This document shows positions 40,038-49,333 of a stretch of DNA of 64,000 bases, piece after piece; the stretch's first letter is position 1, and every line of letters starts with the position of its first letter. Source of the stretch: a virus (Duplodnaviria > Caudoviricetes); IMG/VR virus record IMGVR_UViG_3300014208_000023, positions 32,001 to 96,000 of that record; one strand, written 5' to 3'. The position numbers were made by a program, and so were the translations under genes. The notes below the pieces were generated by a model that worked only from the letters and a program-made list of their open reading frames with translations, had not been told where the DNA came from and made no database searches.

Positions 40038-40604
40038 TTATTTTTTAACTTTCTCAATATAAGAATGGACCTTACGAATCCAAACCTTAAACTCTCGTAA
40101 CGACATTTTACCCTTGGCCCAATTACAAGTTCGGCAGCAAGGAACAACATTTTTTTCGTTATGGGGCAGCGAATTGTCTTTTCTGTCTAGCCCATTATAT
40201 TTGAATGTTCCGTGTAGGATAGCAAAATCAGATACACCTTCTTTTTTGCACTTAAAAATATTAATTGAATTTGATGACTCTATTCCGCAGTAATGACATT
40301 CTTTTTGAGAAAGCTTAAGGAACTTATCAAATGATAAGTCGCCATCGCTATAGCCGCTTCTATAAATGAATTTGGCAGAGGCAAGCTTGGCGGTAGCTGG
40401 ATCGGAATGTGATTGAGAACAACCGCAAGATCTGCTTGGTCTATCATTTTTTGTGAGACGGTCCTTGGTAAAAATTCTCTTACTGCCACATTCACACTTA
40501 CATAGGTAGGCCAATCTTGCGCGCCCAGAAACTATAACACACTCTTCTTTTTTAAGAACAGTGAGCTTTCCAAATACTTTTCCAATAAAATCATCAACAG
40601 TCAT
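40038..40604 (-). CDS. HNH homing endonuclease
   Basis: GKVFGKLTV, CKCECG, CHYCG, YNGLDRKDN, NVVPCCRTCNWAK. Confidence 0.9.
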   Translation of the reverse strand: MTVDDFIGKVFGKLTVLKKEECVIVSGRARLAYLCKCECGSKRIFTKDRLTKNDRPSRSCGCSQSHSDPATAKLASAKFIYRSGYSDGDLSFDKFLKLSQKECHYCGIESSNSINIFKCKKEGVSDFAILHGTFKYNGLDRKDNSLPHNEKNVVPCCRTCNWAKGKMSLREFKVWIRKVHSYIEKVKK

Positions 40605-40611
40605 TGATTCC

Positions 40612-40953
40612 TTAAATTAAAATCAGATACTTTTCGATTTGACCAGGCCTCTTGAAAAGTTTAATCATAGTGGATTCGTCGCATTCAAACTCCATTAGGT
40701 TATCGGCTGATGATTCTTGAAATATCACCATAGTTTGGTTCGAACATATAAATTGGCAGCAAATGTTTTTATCGCTTATTTGTTTATAGAGCCTTATATC
40801 CCTAACTTCCGTTTGGTCATCATACCTAATGGTGCATACTAGATCATAGCACTCAATGCAACCAATAGCATTGTTCAAAGGATACTCAATGCCAATTTTT
40901 GATTTGCAGCCTGGGCACTTCTTGAATGTTTTAAGAAACTTATCTACCGTCAT
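40612..40953 (-). CDS. Zn-ribbon hypothetical protein
   Basis: CPGC / CIEC pairs. Confidence 0.7.
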   Translation of the reverse strand: MTVDKFLKTFKKCPGCKSKIGIEYPLNNAIGCIECYDLVCTIRYDDQTEVRDIRLYKQISDKNICCQFICSNQTMVIFQESSADNLMEFECDESTMIKLFKRPGQIEKYLILI

Positions 40954-40990
40954 TGGTGTGGCTTGTTCCCGTGCAATCGCATATACCGGG

Positions 40991-41596
40991 CTACAGCTTT
41001 AAATACTTGGCATCGATTTTTTTATTTGGAGTGACGATAATAAGGTGTGGAACGTCAGAAGCATAGTGAGTTGTATGCGTAACGTCATATCCCTTCCAAA
41101 GCTCAGCTGGCTCCTTAAGCGTATAAGGCATAACCTCGCCTAATGACAGCTCTTTTTGTCTTTTATCAAACTCCTCGTCTGACATATTATCCTTGTAGAT
41201 AGCCAACTCTACTCCAATAAGTTTAGTCTTCGGCTCACCACTCATTAGCTTGGATAGGTTTATAGTTATCGGAATAAGATCTAGCTTATGGATATTGTGT
41301 TTTTTAGTTATCTTGGTCCAATCTGGCAAAGTAAAGAAGGCACTAATTCCTCCAACCAACCCTTTCATTTCTGGATCTTCTAATTTTTCTTCAACTTTTT
41401 TCTTGAAACTTTTGCCGTCATCTGGTCTTGCTAGATTTAAAGCCTTCTTGTCTTTGACCAATTCTTCTGCTGACAAAAGGCCCTTAGTCTTAATGGAATC
41501 TATTGCATTTTTAGGAACAAAAGTAAATAAGGTAATTTCGCTAGCTAGTATATGAAAAGATTGAGATAGTTTTATAAGGCGACTTATATTACTCAT
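40991..41596 (-). CDS. Possible ADP-ribosyltransferase-fold protein with N-terminal LIKLSQSF motif
   Basis: LFTF..IDSIKTKGLLS, ISAFF, PHLII..KIDAKYL; start revised to MSNIS. Confidence 0.4.
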   Translation of the reverse strand: MSNISRLIKLSQSFHILASEITLFTFVPKNAIDSIKTKGLLSAEELVKDKKALNLARPDDGKSFKKKVEEKLEDPEMKGLVGGISAFFTLPDWTKITKKHNIHKLDLIPITINLSKLMSGEPKTKLIGVELAIYKDNMSDEEFDKRQKELSLGEVMPYTLKEPAELWKGYDVTHTTHYASDVPHLIIVTPNKKIDAKYLKL

Positions 41597-41616
41597 ATGT
41601 AAATGCGACAAAATCC

Positions 41617-43188
41617 TTGCGCCTATTATTTTTGCATAAATATGTGGTAATATCGCGATCGGACATGGAGTTTCTGTATTCTGTGGCGGCTAGTCTTTTT
41701 GAAGGAAAAGATATTCCCGAATGGATTTCGCAGCATCCAGCAATCAAAAACCGTAAAATTAAAAAAGTATTCCCTAGTATTGGTCTTCCCAATTTTAAAG
41801 AAAAAGTAGAATTGCAAGAAGAATCATTTGCACCAGATTACTATACCCCATTTGTTAATGGAGCAATTTCCGGAATAAAACATGAGTTATTAAGAACTAA
41901 CGATATCATATCGGATGCATTTGAAGCTTTTCGTTCGGCCTATCTTTCTGGTGTTACAGACGAAAATGATAGAAATGATATTATAGAAGAAATGAGTGGT
42001 CTCCAAAAAGAAGGCAATATTTTAATAAATATAAACAAATCGTTTAATGACAGTATAGGTGCAGAATGCATTGTTCCTATGCCTGATGGTAGGGTTAAAT
42101 TAATTTTATCCAAAACTTTAAGTGCTAATGGCAAAGATATTGTTAAAGAAGGAACTTCTATATTTAGGGCCTTTAATACTATTAAAGTTCTTGTTGATAA
42201 TTTTTTTAAAAAATGTGGAACTAATAATAAAATGATTGATTTAGATCAAAAAGAATCAATGAAAACGTTTCATAAATTAAATGTTCCGATCGGCAAGCAA
42301 GAAAATTATATATCTTTTTCTTCTAGCGGAGAAGAGGGCGCGTGGGATATTGCCACTATGAGTATGAGGGGGATATCATCTTGCCAATCTTGGGATTCTA
42401 GTGTTGGAAATGGAGAGCATCGTCCATGTATAATAGGAAGTATTGCTAGCAATTATGTAGGAATTATATATCTAACTTCCGGCAAAGATTTTGAAGGCAA
42501 GGGAAGCAAAATGATTCGCCGTTGTATAGTGAGGTTTGGAATAGATATGTCGAAACCTAAAAAAGAACGGCATCCAGTCATTATAGTAGATAAGATGTAT
42601 GATAGCTATCATCCAGTAATAGCTAAATTATTTTTAGAAGCAATTAAAAAAAGATCTGAAGTTCCAGTTTTAGATTTTACTAATAGTGAGGCTAGCACGG
42701 AAAATATTAAATTGCCTGAGCAATATTTGCCAAATATTATAAATCAAAATGAAAAAAATCAACAATTAGCTGGTAAGCCAGGATTTCCAAGCTATCAAGA
42801 CTCGGATTTTGAATATATAAAAAAGCAAAAAAATAATGACAATAAAGATCTTATAAAACAAAATAGAAAATCAGTGCAGGAGATAACTGATAAATTAGTT
42901 ACTTATTTTCACAGCTCGTTTAATTTGTTTGATAAAAGCACCGATACTAGAGAGATATCAGAAGTATTTAATCGCGCCCTCAGTGACTTAATTTTTAAAA
43001 TAACAACCAAAAATGATATTATGTCAAGGCCTTCTTCATTTGTAAAGAAGTATTTTCTTATAAAAGCAAAAAAACTACGATTGAATGGGGTAAGATATGA
43101 TTTTGATAACCATACCTTAAAAGTAATTGATAAGATCATGGGAGATTTTAGAAAATATGTGGGCACTCTATTTACAATAGATGACTGA
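41617..43188 (+). CDS. Large hypothetical protein (likely start 41665)
   Basis: 523-aa ORF; WDIATMSMRGISSCQSW motif; no function assigned. Confidence 0.75.
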   Translation: MRLLFLHKYVVISRSDMEFLYSVAASLFEGKDIPEWISQHPAIKNRKIKKVFPSIGLPNFKEKVELQEESFAPDYYTPFVNGAISGIKHELLRTNDIISDAFEAFRSAYLSGVTDENDRNDIIEEMSGLQKEGNILININKSFNDSIGAECIVPMPDGRVKLILSKTLSANGKDIVKEGTSIFRAFNTIKVLVDNFFKKCGTNNKMIDLDQKESMKTFHKLNVPIGKQENYISFSSSGEEGAWDIATMSMRGISSCQSWDSSVGNGEHRPCIIGSIASNYVGIIYLTSGKDFEGKGSKMIRRCIVRFGIDMSKPKKERHPVIIVDKMYDSYHPVIAKLFLEAIKKRSEVPVLDFTNSEASTENIKLPEQYLPNIINQNEKNQQLAGKPGFPSYQDSDFEYIKKQKNNDNKDLIKQNRKSVQEITDKLVTYFHSSFNLFDKSTDTREISEVFNRALSDLIFKITTKNDIMSRPSSFVKKYFLIKAKKLRLNGVRYDFDNHTLKVIDKIMGDFRKYVGTLFTIDD

Positions 43189-43189
43189 T

Positions 43190-43771
43190 TTATGATACTA
43201 AAAGCTGTTTTTTGATTTTAAGAATGAGTCCTTTTATGTTCTTAAGCCCTAACTCTTTTAGTGGGCCCACGAACGGTAGTTGAAAGTGATTCTTACCATC
43301 AGGGGTATGAGCGAAAAGCTCTTCTTTTTTAAAACTATTCGATAAAATTAAGTGATCAGAACTATGCTTTAGTTCTGCCCGCTCTGATCGCACCTCTATT
43401 GGGCCCATAGTTTCAGAATCACGATCCATCGTTATGTGGGTCGAGTAATACTTAAAGTTTCCGCAATTTATACATGACGACTCTAACTGTATCGTGTCAT
43501 ATGTGTCTGGTGGAGTGGAGGATAGGTGCCGACGAAGAACATGATAAGGAGTAGATAAGATAAACGGCCGATTACTATTTATTATATTTGAGTAATTCAG
43601 CAGTAATTCTAGAGGCTCTTTTTCATCCTCATATACTGTAATGAGGAGGCCATCTTTTGTTTTATCGACGGTTGATGGTATTGATAAGTCAGTATCTATA
43701 ACTAGATTGCCATCGCATATCGGGCAGCAACTATAATGATTAACGAAATTGATAAGTGTTTTTTGTTTCAT
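43190..43771 (-). CDS. Zn-finger hypothetical protein
   Basis: CPIC and CINC pairs; own promoter. Confidence 0.7.
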   Translation of the reverse strand: MKQKTLINFVNHYSCCPICDGNLVIDTDLSIPSTVDKTKDGLLITVYEDEKEPLELLLNYSNIINSNRPFILSTPYHVLRRHLSSTPPDTYDTIQLESSCINCGNFKYYSTHITMDRDSETMGPIEVRSERAELKHSSDHLILSNSFKKEELFAHTPDGKNHFQLPFVGPLKELGLKNIKGLILKIKKQLLVS

Positions 43772-43780
43772 GGTAACGAT

Positions 43781-43808
43781 AAGTTAGCCACTACTTATCG
43801 TTTGTCAA
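43781..43808 (-). promoter_or_regulatory. Sigma70-type promoter overlapped by a palindrome
   Basis: TTGACA-16 nt-TAACTT; AACGATAAGT / ACTTATCGTT inverted repeat. Confidence 0.6.
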
Positions 43809-43865
43809 GCCCAAAGATAGTTGTCGAGAAAGATGGTATAGAGAGTATATATTGATGGCTACTGA

Positions 43866-44330
43866 TTAGCGGCCTACAGTAAAGTTATCACTTTTTGGAT
43901 TCACGAATGTCGAAGTATCTCTTAATCCCTTGACATCTGCAATAGGTCTGGTTACTTTTTGTGCCGGCTGATTAACTGGCTGTTCTGAAGGTTTCTTTCC
44001 TTCGTATTTGGAGGCTTCATCTAAAATTCTTGAATAGAGAGCATCTGGGCTGGAATTTGGTCCTGGAAATTTAGTTTTAAATGCTTGTATCGCATCCTTC
44101 GTTTCCTTACCAAGAAGGCCATCAGCACCGTGTTTTGGAAGAGGAAATCCTAAACTCATAAGGGCAAATTGAACTGATTTTGGTATAGCTGCCGACACTG
44201 GAGCGGCAGGAGCTTTGGCAGGTATCGCCCCACCAAAAGGCCCTTTATCAGAAATGCCTCTAATCTGCTCTATAGACGGAACTTGGGAAGCCTTTTCAAA
44301 CGCAACAGCAAATTTATATAGACCCTTCAT
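43866..44330 (-). CDS. Peptidoglycan-binding-domain protein with N-terminal LYKFAVAF motif
   Basis: VQFALMSLGF...ADGLLGKETKDAIQAFK (PG_binding_1); start revised to MKGLY. Confidence 0.8.
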   Translation of the reverse strand: MKGLYKFAVAFEKASQVPSIEQIRGISDKGPFGGAIPAKAPAAPVSAAIPKSVQFALMSLGFPLPKHGADGLLGKETKDAIQAFKTKFPGPNSSPDALYSRILDEASKYEGKKPSEQPVNQPAQKVTRPIADVKGLRDTSTFVNPKSDNFTVGR

Positions 44331-44385
44331 AAAATTATCCTTTTCAGATAAATATCTCATTATTACTACATAGAAAACTAATAAA

Positions 44386-45459
44386 ATGCACCAAAACAAT
44401 AAACATTCATTTGAGAGCTTCATAATACAATGCTGCAAAGCTAAAGAGTGGGACCTTCGACGCTTTTTAAAGAAAAGGCTTGTCAGCGAAGGATTTACAA
44501 TTCAGGAAGATAATTATCGTTCTGACCGCTGCGATTATCTTGGAAAATACAATAAGGTTCATAACTTATTGGCTATCCGTGGAAATCCTCGTGTATGTCT
44601 GGTCGCTCATACCGATGTTTGTAGAGATCACGGCTGGGCTGGTGCGCCACAACCACCAGACGTTTTCCCGGTACTCAAAAATTGGGGAACTCCAAAAGAG
44701 CCAAGAATGGTTATACAGGATAAGGAATGTAAGTTTCAGACAGGTGGAGATGACCGCCTAGGTGTGGCTATAAATATGTGGCTGGCTCTTAATACCGGAT
44801 ATGATGTCGCACTTCTATTTACCACTGATGAAGAGATTGGCCTTTGTTCTGCGAGTGAGGTTAGGTTTCCAGAGCTTAATGAGTTTGATCTTCTATGTCA
44901 GGTTGATAGGGGCAATAAAAGCAATCAGCTAGTAACCCGCATAGGTGGAACGCAGTTATGTTCGGCTACAACTGCAAAGAGACTATTGAAAATAGCAGAA
45001 GACATGGGAAGGCCACGAGATGAAGTGAGCGGCCTATGCACTGATGTTCAGGTAATAGTAAGAAATGGCATAGCTAAAGAGGCCGTTAATATGACTTGTG
45101 GATATCATAATTCCTTCGGAGATAGTGCCAAGGAATATATAGATGTTGAAGAGGCCAGAAGCACAATGAAGTTTGTTTCTAACATAATTCAATACTATGA
45201 CTTGCAACGAGACATGCAAGAGGAGCATGAGTATGAAGGAGAGGAAGAGACCGACGATGATGTTGAAATCATAGATGGCGAATTTGATATTGAAAATTAT
45301 ATCAAAGTTATTTCTCAAGCCCGGTCTGAAACAAGACCATCTTTTAAAGGCCTTCCAAAAGAGAAAAACTATAAAAGATTAAATCGCAATAAAAAAAGAA
45401 AATATATAGAGGCCATCTTTGATGAAGATCTTTATAATAAAGAGAGTAGAACAATATGA
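44386..45459 (+). CDS. Zn-dependent peptidase, M20/M28/M42 clan
   Basis: AHTD, GGDDRLG, DEEIG, QVDR, GYHN metal-ligand motifs. Confidence 0.85.
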   Translation: MHQNNKHSFESFIIQCCKAKEWDLRRFLKKRLVSEGFTIQEDNYRSDRCDYLGKYNKVHNLLAIRGNPRVCLVAHTDVCRDHGWAGAPQPPDVFPVLKNWGTPKEPRMVIQDKECKFQTGGDDRLGVAINMWLALNTGYDVALLFTTDEEIGLCSASEVRFPELNEFDLLCQVDRGNKSNQLVTRIGGTQLCSATTAKRLLKIAEDMGRPRDEVSGLCTDVQVIVRNGIAKEAVNMTCGYHNSFGDSAKEYIDVEEARSTMKFVSNIIQYYDLQRDMQEEHEYEGEEETDDDVEIIDGEFDIENYIKVISQARSETRPSFKGLPKEKNYKRLNRNKKRKYIEAIFDEDLYNKESRTI

Positions 45460-45982
45460 AATCAATAATATGTTCTAGCTGTAGAGGAGCTTTTACTGCC
45501 CATGAAAGCGATAAATGCAATATGTGTCGCCCAATTGATGCTTGTAGTGGGGGAGGATGTTGGGAAGGCTGTCCCCATTCTATTAGTGGAAAAGCGTGGA
45601 ATGAAGGATTCCGTGCCGCAATTAAAAAAGCGGCTTACATATGTGATGCTATGGTTATAGGCGGAAGAGCATGGACTGAGGGGCAGGCGATTGCTGCTGA
45701 TGCGCTATTTGCTGCTTCCAAAAATATTAGAACATTGGGCGAGGTTCAGAATCCTTTAGAAGAGCTTAAAAAAGAAAATAACTCAAGATGAAAAAAGTAA
45801 ATATAATTTATGCTATTATTGGGTTTATGATCGCAGTCGTTCTTATGCCGCCAGTAGTATTTTCTATTCTCTATATTAATAGGGCTGGTTGTAGATGGAT
45901 TGAGACACCATTAGAATTGCCTGGGTGGTCAGTAATTGATCCAGATAAAGATAATCCTATTTGGTGTCCAGAAAATAGATAA
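45456..45982 (+). other. Hypothetical CDS (45456-45791 Cys-rich, 45788-45982 TM)
   Basis: ATGA overlaps. Confidence 0.65.
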
Positions 45983-45983
45983 G

Positions 45984-46382
45984 CTAAATCATTAGTGATC
46001 GTAAATAAACGCGCTGTAATTGAAGACATTTACCTGGCGGACCATATTTGCTTTCTTCAACATACACTAGGCCATTACGATAACACAAAACAATATCAGC
46101 CTCACTTCTATTGGTAAAATCTAATAAGTTACGCAAAACAAGAATACGGCGATCGAGACCATGCTCTCTTTCAACGTAATATCCGTCCGAAATATATCCA
46201 TCACCCAAGTAGTCGTAACCATCCATATAACCATCTTGGTAGCCATCAATATGCTTGTCGAACACTTCGGCAGTCTGGACCTCGGTTATGTATAGCTGCT
46301 GCACCAACTGTGCCAGAACCCCAGAAGAGATATTGGAGTTGATAAAAATAACTGACGGTGGGTTAAGTAGATTGCTCACCAT
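45984..46382 (-). CDS. Hypothetical protein with five DGY repeats
   Basis: DGYQDGYMDGYDYLGDGYISDGY; start revised to MVSNL. Confidence 0.7.
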   Translation of the reverse strand: MVSNLLNPPSVIFINSNISSGVLAQLVQQLYITEVQTAEVFDKHIDGYQDGYMDGYDYLGDGYISDGYYVEREHGLDRRILVLRNLLDFTNRSEADIVLCYRNGLVYVEESKYGPPGKCLQLQRVYLRSLMI

Positions 46383-46435
46383 GATATATGAAAATAGGAA
46401 GATACTAAAGAAAAACATAGGAAAGAAAGAACACA

Positions 46436-46960
46436 ATGAGAGAAGCTCCAGGATTTATTTTTGCACTACGAGAAGACCTTAAAGAAGATAAGCGGTTTTT
46501 GCCAGAGAGAGCAGAGCCGCTAGCAACCGGATATGATTGTAGAGCCGCCCAGCAAGATCGTAAAGATATAGTAGTTAGTCCGGGGGAGATGGTGAAAATA
46601 CCACTAGGATTTAGGGCATTTTGTCCTCCAGGTTGGTGGTATCTTCTTCACCCAAGATCAAGCTTCTTCGTTAAAAAGAACATGCATACTCTTACTGGAA
46701 TAATAGATGAGGCATTTCCACTAGAAACCTGTTTGGTCGCCCAGTATCTTCCTGACACTAAAGGCGTTACCCAAAACCTAGTGATTAAATTTGGAGATGC
46801 TATCGGGCAAATAATTCCAGTTAGACGTGAAGACATGTATCGCATAGAAGTATCCAATGAAGACATGGACAAACTATACGCCAATAGAGGAGCAATTAGA
46901 ACTGGTGGGATCGGTAGCACTGATAAGATGGGTTTCTATAAAACCGGCGGCAATAGATGA
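46436..46960 (+). CDS. dut: Trimeric dUTPase
   Basis: ATGYDC, PRSS, GIIDEAF, IGQII, RTGGIGST motifs. Confidence 0.92.
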   Translation: MREAPGFIFALREDLKEDKRFLPERAEPLATGYDCRAAQQDRKDIVVSPGEMVKIPLGFRAFCPPGWWYLLHPRSSFFVKKNMHTLTGIIDEAFPLETCLVAQYLPDTKGVTQNLVIKFGDAIGQIIPVRREDMYRIEVSNEDMDKLYANRGAIRTGGIGSTDKMGFYKTGGNR

Positions 46961-47154
46961 TTGATTTATCTATATTAGCCATAATCATGTTAATTATGAT
47001 TCCGTCATTTCCAATTTTATTTATATTGGTAGCATGTTTGCTCCCAAAGAGGGAAAGCTTAAATGAGTGATCTTGCAATTATTTTGATTTCGATACTTTC
47101 TACTATATGCGTTTTAGCGGTATTAGAAATTCTTTTTGTTTATAGGAAGCACAG

Positions 47155-47699
47155 ATGAAAGAAGAAGCCAAGAAAAATGTTACGCCCGTATTTGAAATGT
47201 ATGAGATTAAAGTAGAGGCTATGGTTCCCTGCTCTTTTGTATATAGAATACGCGCAGAAACTCCTGAAGATGCAATCAAGAAGCTTGATAAGCACCACCC
47301 AACTCAATTCGTTCCACACAACACAAGGAAGAAGATGACAAAGGCTACGGTATATAATTCTGGAACATTAACAATAAGAGCGACGAAGAATTTCAGGTAA
47401 TTTTAATGAATAAAGAATCAATAAATACAATTTTACCGTACCCAAAAAGTTGCGGAAGTTTTGGGTGTGAAGAATGCTATGGAACATCATCGGCCGAGTG
47501 CAAATCATTGCAGCGTAAACTTGCAAAATGGGCAAAGACTCAGTTAAGTATAGTCGGTACCTCTTCGGCTTCTTACGAAGAAACTTATGATATAAACGAG
47601 AATTGTCCGTATTGTCTTGATGCAACTGCCAAGACCCTATTTATTGATCTGCAGCAGGCGCGAAATCAGATAGTTGCATTGCTTAAAGAGATAAAATGA
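47155..47699 (+). other. Hypothetical CDS (47155-47400, 47406-47699)
   Basis: Clean ORFs. Confidence 0.65.
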
Positions 47700-48283
47700 G
47701 CGAAATACAGTTCTATGTGGTGGATACTGAAACAAATGGGTTATCACTGTCATTTCACGAAGTATATCAAATATCGATCATCAGATGTTCTGATAAAATG
47801 CAATTTACTAGAAACATAAGGGTTGACAGGCCAGAAAACAGTTCTTATGATGCATTGAAGATAACGGGCAAGACAATGAATGACCTACGTAGCGGCGTAG
47901 AAAAACAGGAGCTTATGCGAGAGGTAGAATACTTCTTATCAGAAGACGGCGCTCCTTCTACTCATCGATGCATGATTGCTCATAATGCCGCTTTTGACAG
48001 AAAGTTTCTATGCGCCTTATGGGAAAAGTTTAATAAAAAATTGCCTTTCGATTTATATTTAGACACGATACATATGTTCAAGGCATATTGTAAGAAACAA
48101 GGGATTGTTAAAGCAAAATCAAATCTAACGGCCGCATGTGATTTAATAGGAATCCGTAAGATGGGCAGCGCTCACGATGCCAAGATAGATACTCAACATA
48201 CATTTCTTTTGTGGCAAGAACTAGCGCAAACAGAAGACTTTTTAGACCACGTTAAATGTTTGCCCCATAATCTTGAATTATAA
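47696..48283 (+). CDS. DEDDh 3'-5' exonuclease (DnaQ-like)
   Basis: VVDTETNG, AHNAAFDRKF, HDAKIDT. Confidence 0.92.
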   Translation: MSEIQFYVVDTETNGLSLSFHEVYQISIIRCSDKMQFTRNIRVDRPENSSYDALKITGKTMNDLRSGVEKQELMREVEYFLSEDGAPSTHRCMIAHNAAFDRKFLCALWEKFNKKLPFDLYLDTIHMFKAYCKKQGIVKAKSNLTAACDLIGIRKMGSAHDAKIDTQHTFLLWQELAQTEDFLDHVKCLPHNLEL

Positions 48284-49102
48284 GATGAGACTATTTGAAA
48301 TCGAAGAGGCACACGATATAATCAAACATATCAACGGTATGCTGCTCATGTTTAGCGCAACACCTAAAACCAGCAAACTTCTTATAGAATACCTGCAATC
48401 CTTAATTCTTGAGCTTCAGGACCAAGACCTAATTGATGAGGCGCAAGACCAATCTGGAGAAGAAATCAATCTAGATGGCCAGGTTAATTTTCTAAAATCC
48501 TTATTAAAAACTTTAGAGGAGAGAGAACTTCCTAAAGTTATTGTGGATAAAAATAGTAACTGAAACGAATTATGTAAGTGAAAAATATCGATTTAGAAAC
48601 TTTCTATAGTAGAGCTAGAACCTCTCTTGAGATCGCTAGCTCATATGTTGGTAACAAGGCCTTTAAAAAGCTAGTAGTTTCTTGCCGACTAAAACCCATT
48701 ACCATATTTGATGATTCTTTTAGAGCGGGCAGATTAGAGTATTGGTGGGTAGATGAGTTTGGTAATTCGTTATTGCTTGCCGATAATAAAATAAAAATAG
48801 TTAAGAACGATCAGAATATAAAAATAAACACTAAAATAAGTACTGATTTATTTTATGGAAAATCTATTCTTGCAACTTCAAGAATAAGCAAATCAATTGC
48901 CCTATCCGGCGATCATTTAGTTTTCTATGGTAATGACGAATACTTTAGATGTTTTGATGTTACAAACGGTGAGAAAATTTCTCCATTAGAAATAGATATT
49001 AATGAGTTAATTGATGTGCAGAGAGGTCTTGGCGGCTCCTATAGATTGCCAAGTAATGAAATTGAAATGATGTTAATAAAGGAATATTCTAGATATGAGT
49101 GA
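48273..49102 (+). other. Hypothetical CDS (48273-48563, 48578-49102)
   Basis: Clean contiguous ORFs. Confidence 0.7.
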
Positions 49103-49325
49103 TGAAAATTATATGGAGATGGAAGGCGTTGTCGATTCCATTTGCAGAGACAAATTTACGGTAGTGGTTAATGACACTAATGATATGGTCGTTATATGCA
49201 CCGTAAGTGGCAAGATAAGAACATCCGGTATAAAGATATTGGCCGGCGACTCGGTTAAGCTTCTAGTGTCTGCACACGATGTTACGAAGGGCAGAATCGT
49301 TTATAGAATGAAGGCAAGTCAGTAG
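49095..49325 (+). CDS. infA: Translation initiation factor IF-1 homolog
   Basis: MEGVV..FTV..VICTVSGKIR...IKILAGDSVKL.VS.HDVTKGRIVYR. Confidence 0.93.
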   Translation: MSDENYMEMEGVVDSICRDKFTVVVNDTNDMVVICTVSGKIRTSGIKILAGDSVKLLVSAHDVTKGRIVYRMKASQ

Positions 49326-49333
49326 GTTTATCA

